34,580 nucleotides of DNA from Thraustochytrium aureum (lineage: Eukaryota), in the NCBI GenBank assembly GCA_012862495.1, contig BLSG01000208.1, forward strand, positions 194,048 through 228,627, written 5' to 3'. Position numbers and translations under genes: made by a program. Positions 9,108-19,993 of the stretch are shown here, piece by piece (position 1 is the stretch's first letter; each line of letters begins with the position of its first letter). The notes under the pieces were generated by a model. That model was not told where the DNA came from. It was given only the letters and a program-made list of their open reading frames with translations, and searched no databases.

Positions 9108-10051
9108 CCCCAGCAACACGGCCGAGCTGCGGGGGGGGGGGCGTTAAGACGCCGCGCCAAGGCGACGCGCCGGCGCCAGTAACCGCGCAGAGGCAGGCTC
9201 CGCTGCTCTCTCAGGCCCCGCCCACGTCAACAACCGACCGGTCTCCCGCGTCAACGACCAACTCGCGCCAAGAGGAACAGCGAATGTCGTATCTCGTCAC
9301 AAGGGTGACTACGTGATGCGTTTTCTTTCCGAAGGTTTCGTTTCTTCCTTCGCTGTTGTTCGTCTTGTTCCTGCTTCTGCGCTTGCACTGCCTTGCAGTT
9401 TTCGTTTCGTTCGTCGTGGTTCGTCTTCTTCTTTTCTTCTTCTTTTTTTTCAAGAGCGGAGTAGAACTGTAGTTTCAACTCATGATCAATCAAAGCAAGT
9501 TTTTCAGAAGGAAAGAATTTCAGCTTTTCAGTTCAGAAAGGTACTCTACCATTGTTCTGTTCTGGTATTTTTGACTTTGGTGTGATGGTGGTTTTGTGCT
9601 CGGGAAGGAGAGCAGAGCAGCAGGAGAGAGCAGCGCACAGGCCGCGGACGCCAGCGAGCCGGCCGGCCAGCCCGCCAGCCTGCCAGCCTCCGTGCCTGCC
9701 TGCTCGCTTGCTCTCGTGCCCGCCTGCTTGCTTCGCGCCTGCGTGCTTGCTGTTGCTGGGGCCTGCTTGCCGCCTGGCGTCCGGCGCGGCGGCTCGGAGT
9801 GCACTCCGGCGCGCAGCAGCCTNNNNNNNNNNNNNNNNNNNNNNNNNNNNNNNNNNNNNNNNNNNNNNNNNNNNNNNNNNNNNNNNNNNNNNNNNNNNNN
9901 NNNNNNNNNNNNNNNNNNNNNNNNNNNNNNNNNNNNNNNNNNNNNNNNNNNNNNNNNNNNNNNNNNNNNNNNNNNNNNNNNNNNNNNNNNNNNNNNNNNN
10001 NNNNNNNNNNNNNNNNNNNNNNNNNNNNNNNNNNNNNNNNNNNNNNNNNNN

Positions 10052-10947
10052 CCTTCGGCAAGGTGTACCGCGCGCGCAACCGCAACAATGGCCAGCTGGT
10101 CGCGGTCAAGGAGGTCGCAGGGAGGTCGGTCCGGTCCAAGCTCGAGTTCCTCAAGGAGGCCAAGGTCCTGCGCATGATGCACCACCAGCACCTGGTCCGC
10201 CTCGTCGCCGTGTTTGTCGAGGACAGCCAGGAAAAGCTCTACTTGGTCACCGAGCTGTGCGAGGGAGGAAACCTCGCCGTGCTTCTGGTCGACCACCGTC
10301 GCGTTGCGCTGTTGCCGTGGGCCACGCGCGCGAGGTTCGCGCGCGAGTGCGCGCTGGGGCTGCAGCACTTGCACGCCAACAACGTGATCCACAGGGATCT
10401 CAAGAGCGAGAATTGCCTCTTGCGAGCGATGGCCGGCCCGGACGCGCCGCTGCACTCGTTCCAGCTCGTGCTTGCCGACTTTGGCTTGGCGCGCTGGTTC
10501 ACAACAAGGCCAAAGGCCCACGACTTGGAATCAAAGGCCAGCGCAGCTAAAATGACCGTCCGGGGCACGCCTTGGACCATGGCCCCTGAACTGCTCGACC
10601 CCAAAAACAAGGAGGGGTACACCACGGCGTGCGACGTGTTTTCGCTCGGCATGGTGTTCTTGGAGATCGCATGCCGCACGCCGGCCCAGGCGATCCCTCG
10701 GACGGACGCGCTGACCATTGACATGCCCGCGGTGGAGCACATGTCCAGCTCGGGCCTCGGCGGAGCTGCGGCAGCTGCTCGACGGACTCCACGAAAGGCG
10801 CGAGAGGGACGTGATCGCCGCGACTCGATTCGCGAGAGGTGCCCGCCGCTATTTCTCGACTTGATCAAGTCGTGCGTGGCGCAGGACCCGGCGAGCCGTC
10901 CGCAGGTCGGCCAAGTCGTCCACGCGCTCAACTCTATGTACTTGTAG
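10052..10947 (+). CDS. Tyrosine-kinase-like (LIMK/TESK-like) protein kinase, 5' end hidden in the gap
   Basis: FGKVY, VAVK, HQHLVRL, LVTELCEGG, IHRDLKSENCL, LADFGLAR, TVRGTPWTMAPE, DVFSLG and DPASRP. Confidence 0.9.
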
Positions 10948-11085
10948 TTTCGGGCCGCCCGTTGCGGCGGCCTTTAGTGCGATGTTGATGATGACAATTA
11001 TCTGCTGTCCATACGGCGAGCAAGGGCTCTCCCGCTTTGAGTGCGCTGGCCGCCGTGCTCCCCCTTGCCCCGTTCGCGCTGCGCT

Positions 11086-11152
11086 CCTCGCCCCGCCTCG
11101 CCTCGCCTCGCCTCGCCTCGCCTCGCCTCGCCTCGCCGCGCCTCGCCCCGCC
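11086..11152. repeat. (CCTCG)n pentanucleotide microsatellite
   Basis: Direct run of cctcg units between the convergent kinase and hydrolase genes. Confidence 0.9.
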
Positions 11153-11292
11153 TCTAGCTTGAGCTGCGCTCGCTGGATTACGCGGCCCAGAGCAACCAGG
11201 ATGCAAAAGAAAGTTGGTGGCGAGTACTACGATCTATGGATAGATAGAGGCGGGCGGGCGGGTGGAATGTCAGCCTTCGTGCAGCGCATCTT

Positions 11293-12540
11293 TCAAAACA
11301 CGGCTGGAACGCCTGCCGTGGCTTGCGCGCTCGGCGCAGGCCCTCCAGCACCAACGGGCTGAACCACGAGGGCCTCCGCCGGCTTGGTTTGCGGCTGCGG
11401 CGCGGCATCAGGGGCTGGTGGCGTCGACGTCTCAACGATCTTTAGCGTCTTGAGCACGCGGGTCTCGAGAAAGTTGGCGAGTTTGGCCGCAAACGCCCGC
11501 GGCTGCTGCAGCTCAGGATAGTGCCCGGACCCAGCGCAGAGCTCGACCGTGCAGTCTCGAGCATACCGGCGAAAGGCACCCTTTTTAGCGTCCGACTCGA
11601 GGTTGACCCGGTGCGAGCTGTCGTGAGGGCCCCAGACAACGAGGGTTGGGACTGCGACGGGCTTTTCGTCAGCACTCTCTGGCACGATCTCGAGCAGATC
11701 GATCAAGGGCTTGTCCACGAGGCTTGGCGAGAAGAACAGGGACTGCAGGAACCAGGCCAGCGGGAAAGTGGCGCCTTTGTCAAACGCGGCGTTGGCCACC
11801 TTGCGAAAGTGATCGCGGATGGTGATCGTGGCGCCGGTCACGTCGCGCCGAGCCTTCTCGCGGCCGGCCTGGTCAAGGCCCGAGCACTCTGAATAGTCGC
11901 CGCGGCGCGGGAATGTGGCAGAGTACCACCCGGAGGCGATCGCGCGGCAGCGCATGTAGTTGATGAGGCGGGCCACGACGCCGGACGAGAGCGCCCCGGA
12001 AGAGTTGACTTCGTTCGCCCACTCCCGCTCGCCCTTGTAGTCGGCGCACTGCACCACGACCAGCGCGTCGACGGCACCAGCAGCGGCGTCGCGCAGGATC
12101 GGAACCGCCATGAGGCCGCCCAAAGACGGCAGGACGAGCACGAGCCGCCGCTCGGGGACCAGTTCGTTTGCGACGATGTCGACCAACGCAGTCATGTCTG
12201 CTGCCAGCCCCGTCATCGTATCTTGCGAGGACGCGGACAGGCCAAAGGTCGGCAGCTCAAAGATGAGTTGCGCCGACCCGGGAAACGTCTCGCGCATTGC
12301 CTCGATCAAGTCGTCGTAGTGTTCGACCACGTTGGGCGGGTCTGTCGCGATCAGAAACGCGAGGTGGGAGCCGCTCGCGGCCACTTCCTGGCCCTTGGCT
12401 TCCAGGCCCGCGGTCATCTCGACCACAACCGGTGCGGCGCCCTCGTCCTTGCCCTGCTCGCCGCTTTGCGCCGCATCGTCGCCCTGCTCGACGCGCACGC
12501 GGAAGCGCGTGCCGCCACCGTTGACAAAGTCGATGCCCAT
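11293..12540 (-). CDS. Alpha/beta-hydrolase fold protein, about 415 aa
   Basis: DPPNVVEHY, FELPTFGLS, nucleophile-elbow-like VLPSLGG, PTLVVWGPHD and SGHYPELQQP. Start placed at the first ATG (MGIDFVNG); uncertain because a gap lies upstream. Confidence 0.8.
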   Translation of the reverse strand: MGIDFVNGGGTRFRVRVEQGDDAAQSGEQGKDEGAAPVVVEMTAGLEAKGQEVAASGSHLAFLIATDPPNVVEHYDDLIEAMRETFPGSAQLIFELPTFGLSASSQDTMTGLAADMTALVDIVANELVPERRLVLVLPSLGGLMAVPILRDAAAGAVDALVVVQCADYKGEREWANEVNSSGALSSGVVARLINYMRCRAIASGWYSATFPRRGDYSECSGLDQAGREKARRDVTGATITIRDHFRKVANAAFDKGATFPLAWFLQSLFFSPSLVDKPLIDLLEIVPESADEKPVAVPTLVVWGPHDSSHRVNLESDAKKGAFRRYARDCTVELCAGSGHYPELQQPRAFAAKLANFLETRVLKTLKIVETSTPPAPDAAPQPQTKPAEALVVQPVGAGGPAPSAQATAGVPAVF

Positions 12541-13522
12541 CCCGCCCACTTGCCACCGCCAGTGCCGGCAGCGCAAGACCTCTGACGGCGCGCGCTGTGC
12601 GCTGCTCGCAGGCCCAGCGGAGCTCGAGCGCTCTAGCTAGAGAGCTTGCTCGCTCGTCGAGTGCCGAGTTACACTGCCGCGGTGTCGGGTGANNNNNNNN
12701 NNNNNNNNNNNNNNNNNNNNNNNNNNNNNNNNNNNNNNNNNNNNNNNNNNNNNNNNNNNNNNNNNNNNNNNNNNNNNNNNNNNNNNNNNNNNNNNNNNNN
12801 NNNNNNNNNNNNNNNNNNNNNNNNNNNNNNNNNNNNNNNNNNNNNNNNNNNNNNNNNNNNNNNNNNNNNNNNNNNNNNNNNNNNNNNNNNNNNNNNNNNN
12901 NNNNNNNCACTGTGCTTTAGAGTAGGCTTGGCGCGGAAGAGTCCGTTTCGGGGTCTGCCGCCCTTGTGCTGCGCGCCTCCGCGGTCCTCGGCCTCCGCAA
13001 TGGAGCTGCGCTAGCTCACAGCAAATCGTCGGCTCTGCTTGCTGGGCAGCTCGAGCGAGATGGTGGGCGAGATGGTGAGCGCCTCTCTTTGTCTTGTTGC
13101 GACCACTTTGCCTTGCGCTTGGTCGGCTGCGCCACAACACCAGCACCGGAAGCAAGAGCAGCGAGGCCAGCACCGCAATGTTGACGAACTGCAGGTAAAT
13201 CGCTCGGAGGAGGTGCCCCGCGTCCGTCCATGACGGGTTCTTCGTGCCTGCCCAAGATGGAAAGCGTCCACGGCAAGCATAGCTCGGGCGAGCGCCTCCG
13301 CGACCGCATTCACGTCACGGCGGGCTGTTCGCGGCTCTTGGCACAGGCTTGCATGCTGGATCGCGTGTTTGCGCTCTTGCTGGGCGTGTGACCGGCAGAG
13401 CCGCGAGACGGCGGCAGGCAGGCTGGCTGGCAGGCTGGCTGGCGCCCAAGGCAAAGTGGAAGTACTCGAGTATTTGTTGGTCCTCCTCGACATCAAGCTA
13501 CAGTTGGGTACTCTACATAGAG

Positions 13523-14838
13523 CTACGAAGACCCGACGAACTTGGGGTTGCTCGAAACCACGACGCTAACGTGCTCACCACCGGTCTCCAGGTTCTCACT
13601 GGAGCGCTCCAAAGCAGATGCTCGCCAGCGCTGCACAGCGTACATGGAGGCGGCGCCAACGGCGAGAAAGGCCGTCGCAGCGGCTGCGCCAAGAAGGTAC
13701 GGTCCGGCGCCCACGCTGGCGGCCGCGTCCTCTGCCCCTTGGTCATCAGAGGATGCCGCACCAGAGCCCACTGGGCCAGCCGCGGCGTTTCCATTCAGAC
13801 GTGGGTCGTACATCGCACGCAGCTGGAAGACATCCTCATCCGAGATCCCATCGCGCTGGCCGATCGGGCGAGGGGCCTCGATGGTGACGAGCCCGTTCTC
13901 CAAGTCTCGGCTAAACGCCGTCGCTCCATAGTGCATGACCGAGTCGTAGTCGTACGGCGACCCGAACGAGTTGACATCAGAGGCGCGCCGCTTCTCAAAG
14001 TTGAACTCTCGGCCGCTCTGGATGTTGCCAAAGTTGATGGTGATAAAGCTGTCGCGGTCTGGGCGTGACTGCTCGTGCCAGAACCCGAGCGAGTGCAGCA
14101 TTTCGTGCTGGATGACACCTGTGGTGAGACAGCCGCGGCCCGTGCTGCCCCCTGTGTTTTGGAGTGTGATGCTTTGGCGGCCGCCGCTCCGGCCCACGGG
14201 GCTTGAGCAACCTGTGCCCGTCTTGAACTCGACGTAGTCGCGCTCGCCAGACCGTGGGAAGAAGCGGACTATGCCGCCCGCTCGAGCTTCGAGCTTGTCG
14301 AGCGCTTCGACGATGATGCTCTTTTCCGCCACGTCAAAGGCCTCTTGCGGGTTCCACCAGCCGCTCCCTGTCGCAAAAGTGTATGGGACTTGGGCGACTC
14401 CTCCGCTTGTCGGCCAGCGACCGCCGACCGAGGCGCCAAGTCGGCGCCCTGAACCGGCTTCGGCTTGAGCGTTGGGGTCCCAGAGCCGGCTCGCGTCGAC
14501 GGCTGCGGCGACAGCTTCTCCATACTCGGCTTCCAGGGCCTCTCGCGTGATGACAATGTCGCCTTCAAAGTATNNNNNNNNNNNNNNNNNNNNNNNNNNN
14601 NNNNNNNNNNNNNNNNNNNNNNNNNNNNNNNNNNNNNNNNNNNNNNNNNNNNNNNNNNNNNNNNNNNNNNNNNNNNNNNNNNNNNNNNNNNNNNNNNNNN
14701 NNNNNNNNNNNNNNNNNNNNNNNNNNNNNNNNNNNNNNNNNNNNCAAAGTATGGCCCTTCCGAAATGATGTCACCGCATGCGCGGGCCGTGGCGGCAGCC
14801 GCGACGAATGCGACCAACGTGCTGCTAAGGGGAGCCAT
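13523..14838 (-). CDS. Astacin-family (M12A) zinc metalloendopeptidase with signal peptide, propeptide and C-terminal TM anchor, about 378 aa
   Basis: HEMLHSLGFWHEQSRPDRD zinc motif, YDYDSVMHYG Met-turn, propeptide FEGDI, signal MAPLSSTLVAFVAAAATA and TM YLLGAAAATAFLAVGAASMYAV. The gap edges overlap by caaagtat and join in frame. Confidence 0.93.
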
Positions 14839-15786
14839 GTTCTCGAGCTGGCCTTCAAGCTGACCTTCGAGCTGGTCTCTTTCGGCCTAGTCGAGGAGGG
14901 AGTGCGGTTCTGCGTTGGTGACGCGTATGAAGCGGATTGAGTGACTGCGAAGGGCGTTGCCCGGGAATGCCACGAATGCCACGCGCGTTTGATTTTTAAA
15001 ATACGGTGACTTGCCAGGACCAACATCAGCATGAGGATCAGGATCAGGCTGCCTGGCACAAAAGATCTCAAGGCAATCTTCTCGTTCGTCGAGAGTGGAA
15101 TTGCGATCAACGTGAGCGCTCGCGACTCGCGCAGCGCAGCCTGGTACAAATTCGATTTCGTGCGAAGCTGACCTTGACTGTCCAAGCTTCAAGCACGCCT
15201 TCGGTTTCGGCTCCGTGCCGCAGCTCCTTGCCTCGACCTTACTGCTCTATAGATAGATAGGAGTACCTCATTGCCTCTAGAGGTGCAGCTTGCTCGTTCG
15301 TTTTGTCGATCTGATCTGCTCGGCACCCGTTAGTTCCCTGCCAGACCGCTCTTGTCAAGATCAAATGCATGGCGCACACTGCGCGGGCGAGCAGCGTCCC
15401 GCCGTAGAGACAAGGAGGACCACGAGACGACAACAGCGACAACACGACAACAGACAGCAGCAACAGCAGCTTCCGGAGCTTTCGGCGCGCAACGGGGGTT
15501 ACAAAAACCGCCTGTGGCAACAAACCGAAGCAGCCAATCGACTTTGTGCCTCTTTTCAACCAGAAAGGCAAGCAGCAGCGTGCAGCTAGCTAGCTCTAGA
15601 GGTAGGTGCGTTCCTGCAATCAGCAGCCTTCAATCAGCGGGCCAGCCCGACGACGCGACGAGCTCGTCTCGTCGTGTCTGACATTTGCGTCGCCAAGCCA
15701 AGACGACCTTGTAATGTACAAGCAAGCCCTTGTTGTGTCTTGAGGATCCGTTGTGCCTCTCTCTGCATCGAGGTGGTAAAGTAGTA

Positions 15787-15859
15787 GCTTCTATAGCTCA
15801 GTTGGGAGAGCGTAAGACTGAAGATCTTAAGGTCCCTGGTTCGATCCCGGGTGGAAGCA
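15787..15859 (+). tRNA. trnF: tRNA-Phe (GAA)
   Basis: GCTTCTA acceptor stem pairs with TGGAAGC; D arm GCTCAGTTGGGAGAGC; anticodon loop CTGAAGA; T loop GGTTCGATCC; 73 nt; downstream T-runs. Confidence 0.97.
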
Positions 15860-15880
15860 TTTCTTTTAGGGCTTTTTTTT
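15860..15880 (+). terminator. Pol III oligo-T terminator of the first tRNA-Phe
   Basis: tttcttttagggctttttttt directly after the discriminator base, mirrored at about 16527-16546 for the second copy. Confidence 0.75.
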
Positions 15881-16546
15881 GCAGAATCTGTTCTGGGCAA
15901 ACGCGAAGCCGCGAGTACCGATCCTACTGCGGACGCAGACCGACAGGCCGAAACCAGGGGCGAAAGGTCGACGGGCTTTGGAATCGATTGGTCCACAGTG
16001 CCGAACGGTCGGGCCGAAAGTTTGGGTTTGAGTAACCAAACGTGTTTTTGGGGTTGGGTAACCAAACCTGTTGAGTTTTGCAAGCGACGCCAATCTTTGC
16101 CGCGGGGGTCAACCTGTAGTCTGCCGCAGATCGATTGGTCCGAGGCGTAAGGTTGGCGATCGATTCATTCGCTGCACATGGTTTGGGTGTTGCTACGCAA
16201 TTCAGAATCGAGTAGCCGGGACCTCGAAAAGATGAATGGAACGGCGCTGCCGAACCTTGGCCGAACCTATGCTTAGGTCAGGCAGCACCAACAGGCACGT
16301 CTAGCTGCGCCGCAGAGCAAAGACCCAGGCCACCCCAGGAATTCTAGCTGTAGAAGCCAAATGCGAGTTGAAAGTACGCAACGCGAAACTTGGTCGATGA
16401 CAGCCGTGCGGTGTGGCGTGAGATGTCGACGACAAACCGGCCCACGCAACGTCCTCGCGAAGCATTTGAAGGACTCGAAGATCATGATCCAGCCACAAGG
16501 CCAAACTGGGCGTGTTGCCCACCGACAAAAAAAAGCCCAAAAGAAA

Positions 16547-16619
16547 TGCTTCCACCCGGGATCGAACCAGGGACCTTAAGATCTTCAGTCTTACGCTCTC
16601 CCAACTGAGCTATAGAAGC
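16547..16619 (-). tRNA. trnF: tRNA-Phe (GAA), identical inverted copy
   Basis: Exact reverse complement of 15787-15859, followed on the minus strand by TTTCTTTTGGGCTTTTTTTT. Confidence 0.97.
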
Positions 16620-16981
16620 TGCTTCCCACTCGGTTGAGAAGGAGGGCATGCCAGGTTTTTAGATACTACTTTTGTTTGAACATTCTGCGATTGATCTCTC
16701 TCAATTGATTGATCAAGAAAGAAATCAAGATCAAGAGTTGGGAACTTGGGACGTGCAATCTGCGACCAACAGACGGCTTTGGCCATCACGACCAACAGAC
16801 GGCTTTGGCCATTGAACGGCTCGAGCGTGCGCATAACGCAGCTGCCACCCATGGGGCTTCTGCTGCAGGCAACGCAGTTGCCACCCATGGTCCTTCCGCT
16901 GCTGGCGACTCCAACAGCAGCTTTTGGCGTTGCTTTGCGCCCGATTCCATGCAAGAAAGAAAGATGTAATTTCAAAACAAC

Positions 16982-18767
16982 TCAGCAAATGGTGCAACAG
17001 CCGTGCGCACGCGGTTTGGCCGCCTCCGCGGCAGCGCGCTCTTGCTCAAGCGCCTGGATGCGGGCCAGGTCGGCCCGCTGCTCCTCAAGCTTGATCTCCT
17101 CTTCGGCCAGAGCCTGCGCGGCCGCCGCTTCTGCCTCGGCCTTCACACGAGCTGCCTCTGCTGCTTGCTCGGCTTCCCTCGCTGCCTCGGCCTCCTTTTC
17201 GGCCAAAGCACGCTGCTGAGCCTCCTCTGCTTCTTTGGCCTCGTTCTCCTTCTGCACGCGAAGCGCCTCGCGCCTTTCCGCATCGCGCGCCGTGAGCTCG
17301 GCGTCGACAGCCTCGAGGTCCTCCTCCTCCTTGATTGTTAGAAAGTTTTTCTCGACGAGCTCGGCAGTGTAGTCCTCAATATCCTGGCGGCGCTTGGCCT
17401 CGAGGGCCTGCAACTTGCGCTCTGCCTCGCGTTCGATCCGCTCAGCGGCGGTCATCTTCAGGCAGGTCTCGTCGAGAGCGCGCTGGCGCTCGTCCTCCTT
17501 GCACTTTTCTTCGTAGCGGCGAGCGTCGTCCTCGGCCAGGTCGCGGAGCCGGCGGTCGTCGTCCTCCCTCCTCGCGCACAACAGCGAGGCGCTCGGCCTG
17601 GGCGATGTCGAAGCGCGACGCGTGCTCCAGCCGGTTGGCTATCGACTGGCGGCGCTTTTCCTCCTCGCTGCGCAGGTAGGCCTGCGCGTCGCGGCGCGCG
17701 GCTTCGTCGAGGGAGCGGCTTTGCTGCTCGGACTGGCGCTCTTGGTCGCGCCGAAGCTCTTCAAGCTTGCGAAACTCAGACTCCTGCTGGAGAAAGTCGG
17801 CAAGCGACTGGCGCCGGTTGGCCGACTCGGTGGCCAGGTAGCGCTTCATGTCGTTGTAGGCGGCCACCTCCAGCTCGCGGTCGCGCGCCTCGAGAACGCG
17901 CTCTAGCGACTGCTTCTCCCGCTGGCGCTGCTTCCAGGTGCGGTCGTGGTCGATGCGGCAAGCGATGGACTCGCGGCGCTTGCGGCGCTCTGTGGCAAGG
18001 TAGTTTTGCACGTCCTTGTACGCGGCCTCGTCCAGCAGGCGGCTTTCGTTCGCGCGCTCAAGAGCGGCCTGTCGCTGGCGGTCCTCGCGGTCCTTGCGCG
18101 CCTGGCGATCGTGCGCAGCCTGCGCGGCCTGCGCCTCCTTCTCGAGGCGCTCCATTTCCTCGATCATGCGCCGGTTCTCCATCTCCTCTGCGAGGCGCAG
18201 CTGCTCGGCGCGCCTGGCCGCAGCGGCGTCCTCGCGGGCCTTCTGCTGCGCCTCGGCGGCCATCTGGCGCTCCATCGCTTTCTTCTCGGCTTCGCGCTGC
18301 CTGGCGAGGCGCCGCTCGCCCTCCATCTGGATGCGGTGGAGGCGTTCTTGTTCGAGGGTCCACTGGCGGTCGGCGATCTCAAGCTCCTTGGACGCCAATG
18401 CGGCGTTGGTTTCGTGCTTTAGAGCCATGCGGCGCGCTTCGGACTGCTGTTCGAGCCTGTCGCGCTTCTCGGCCGACTTGCGCAGAAACTCTTCGTGCCG
18501 GCGCCTCTTCTCCTCCTTGAGGCGCGCCTTTTCCTCGCGCACCTTGCGCGCTGCGTCAGCCTTTTGCTGCGCGACGAGCTGCTGCTTCGCAGACAGTTTC
18601 TTCCCGCTGCGCGACGACGCAGTGCCTAGGGCATCGCTGGACTCTGCGCTCTCTTGGCGAGCATCAATCGACTTGCTCGCCTTGGGCGCGGCGCAGTCGC
18701 CGCTCATGATCTGGTTGACATGCCTGTCAGTTGCCTCGCCCAGCACATCGTTGCTGGTGCGAAGCAT
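16982..18767 (-). CDS. Charged coiled-coil protein with 54-aa internal repeats and C-terminal CCTIC (CaaX-like), about 594 aa, one apparent frameshift
   Basis: E/R/K/A-rich ORFs 17442-18767 and 16982-17581 fuse (VREE-EDDDRRL) if one C is removed from ccc at 17566-17568. The start is uncertain. Confidence 0.8.
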
Positions 18768-19360
18768 TCTCCTCTCCTCAACCCGTGTGCCACACTGCAG
18801 CGCCTTCGACCGTCGGCGCGCGCGGCTGCCCTTGTTGTGCTGCGCCAGGTCCCGCCGCTTGCTCTGACAATCGCGAGTCTACCTGGCCGTCGCGCTTCCT
18901 GCGCGGCTGTTTAGCAAGGACTCTGATGATCCCGCGTCCCAGCTTTGCTTGCATGTTTGTACGGTGGGGCGCCATGGGGGTGGCGATGTTGTAGGTGCCT
19001 TGCCGGCCTCGCGATCTACAAGTGGAGTCGACTGGTGTAGGGGTGGAGTGAGTTCTGCGCTCGATCAGTGAGTGGTTCGTTCATCCCTTTCGCGCTTGAG
19101 CGCCTCGCTTTCTCCTCTGTGGCGACCCTCCCTTGGCGTCACGGCCCGGCCGGCGCACATTCTTCCCGCTTGCCAGCAACAGACCCTCCCTCGCCAATTT
19201 TCCTGTGTTGCATTCATACATTCATTCATTCATTCATTCATTCCACCACCGACGGTCTCCTGGTCCGTCCGTGCATGGACGAGGGCTGACGATCGGCGCG
19301 GCAGGTTCGTGGCGCCGGTCTGCGCATGTACTGGGTGGGGTCTTGGACAAGCTGCCCGCC

Positions 19361-19969
19361 ATGGCCGCCCGCCCACGTCACAAGCGCAAGGCATCGCTCT
19401 TTCTCGCCATCGATCGCACAGAGCGCCAGCAAGAGCAAGAACAGCAACAACAACGCAAGCTCCGAGAACTGCAGCGCCGCCAACCAACCAGCATCTGCGT
19501 CACCGTCTTCGCCCTGCGATCGCTCATTCGTGCCGGGGTCCGTCAGCTCGACAGGGAAAAGGGCGGCCATTTCCTCCAGTTCCATCGCACTTTTTTTCAT
19601 AACATCAATTCAAACCGCCCCAAATCCCGCTGTTCCCAAGCAAACTCGGCGTTCACTGATGCGCGCAAGGATATAGAGGGACAGGATGAGGTTGGCAGAG
19701 TTCGGGCGGCCGCGGGGTCATCGCAAAGATGTCCCGCCAAGGGCTGCGTCCGAGCAACCGCGCCGACATCGCCGACATGCACCAGTGCACCAGTCCGTCC
19801 CCATCCAGCCAGCCTGCTGGGCTGCGTACGCAGTTCATCAGATCGCGATCGCATCCGTCAGGTTGTCGGGTCCGCGACACGGGCAGGGCGCGCAGTTCAT
19901 CAGATCAGATCGCATCCGTCAGGTTGTCGGGTCCGCGACACGACACGAAGCTCGACCGCGGTGCCGTAA
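19361..19969 (+). other. Possible orphan ORF (MAARPRHKRKASLF..QQEQEQQQQRKLREL)
   Basis: ATG in gccATGG context and a protein-like Q-rich helical segment, but no recognisable domain, and its end runs through a direct repeat. Confidence 0.25.
19829..19942. repeat. Direct repeat of about 52 bp, two copies (19829-19881 and 19891-19942), upstream of the aldo-keto reductase
   Basis: cgcagttcatcagatc..gatcgcatccgtcaggttgtcgggtccgcgacacg occurs twice. Confidence 0.9.
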
Positions 19970-19993
19970 TCCTCGTGGCAGCTGGCGAGCGAG

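Noticed and set aside
12908..13500. Short ORFs between the hydrolase and astacin genes
   Set aside because: No motif support in any frame, although a hydrolase 5' exon hidden by the gap cannot be excluded.
15786..16620. Inverted repeat as MITE or transposon terminal repeats
   Set aside because: The arms are intact tRNA genes, and there is no evident target-site duplication or transposase.
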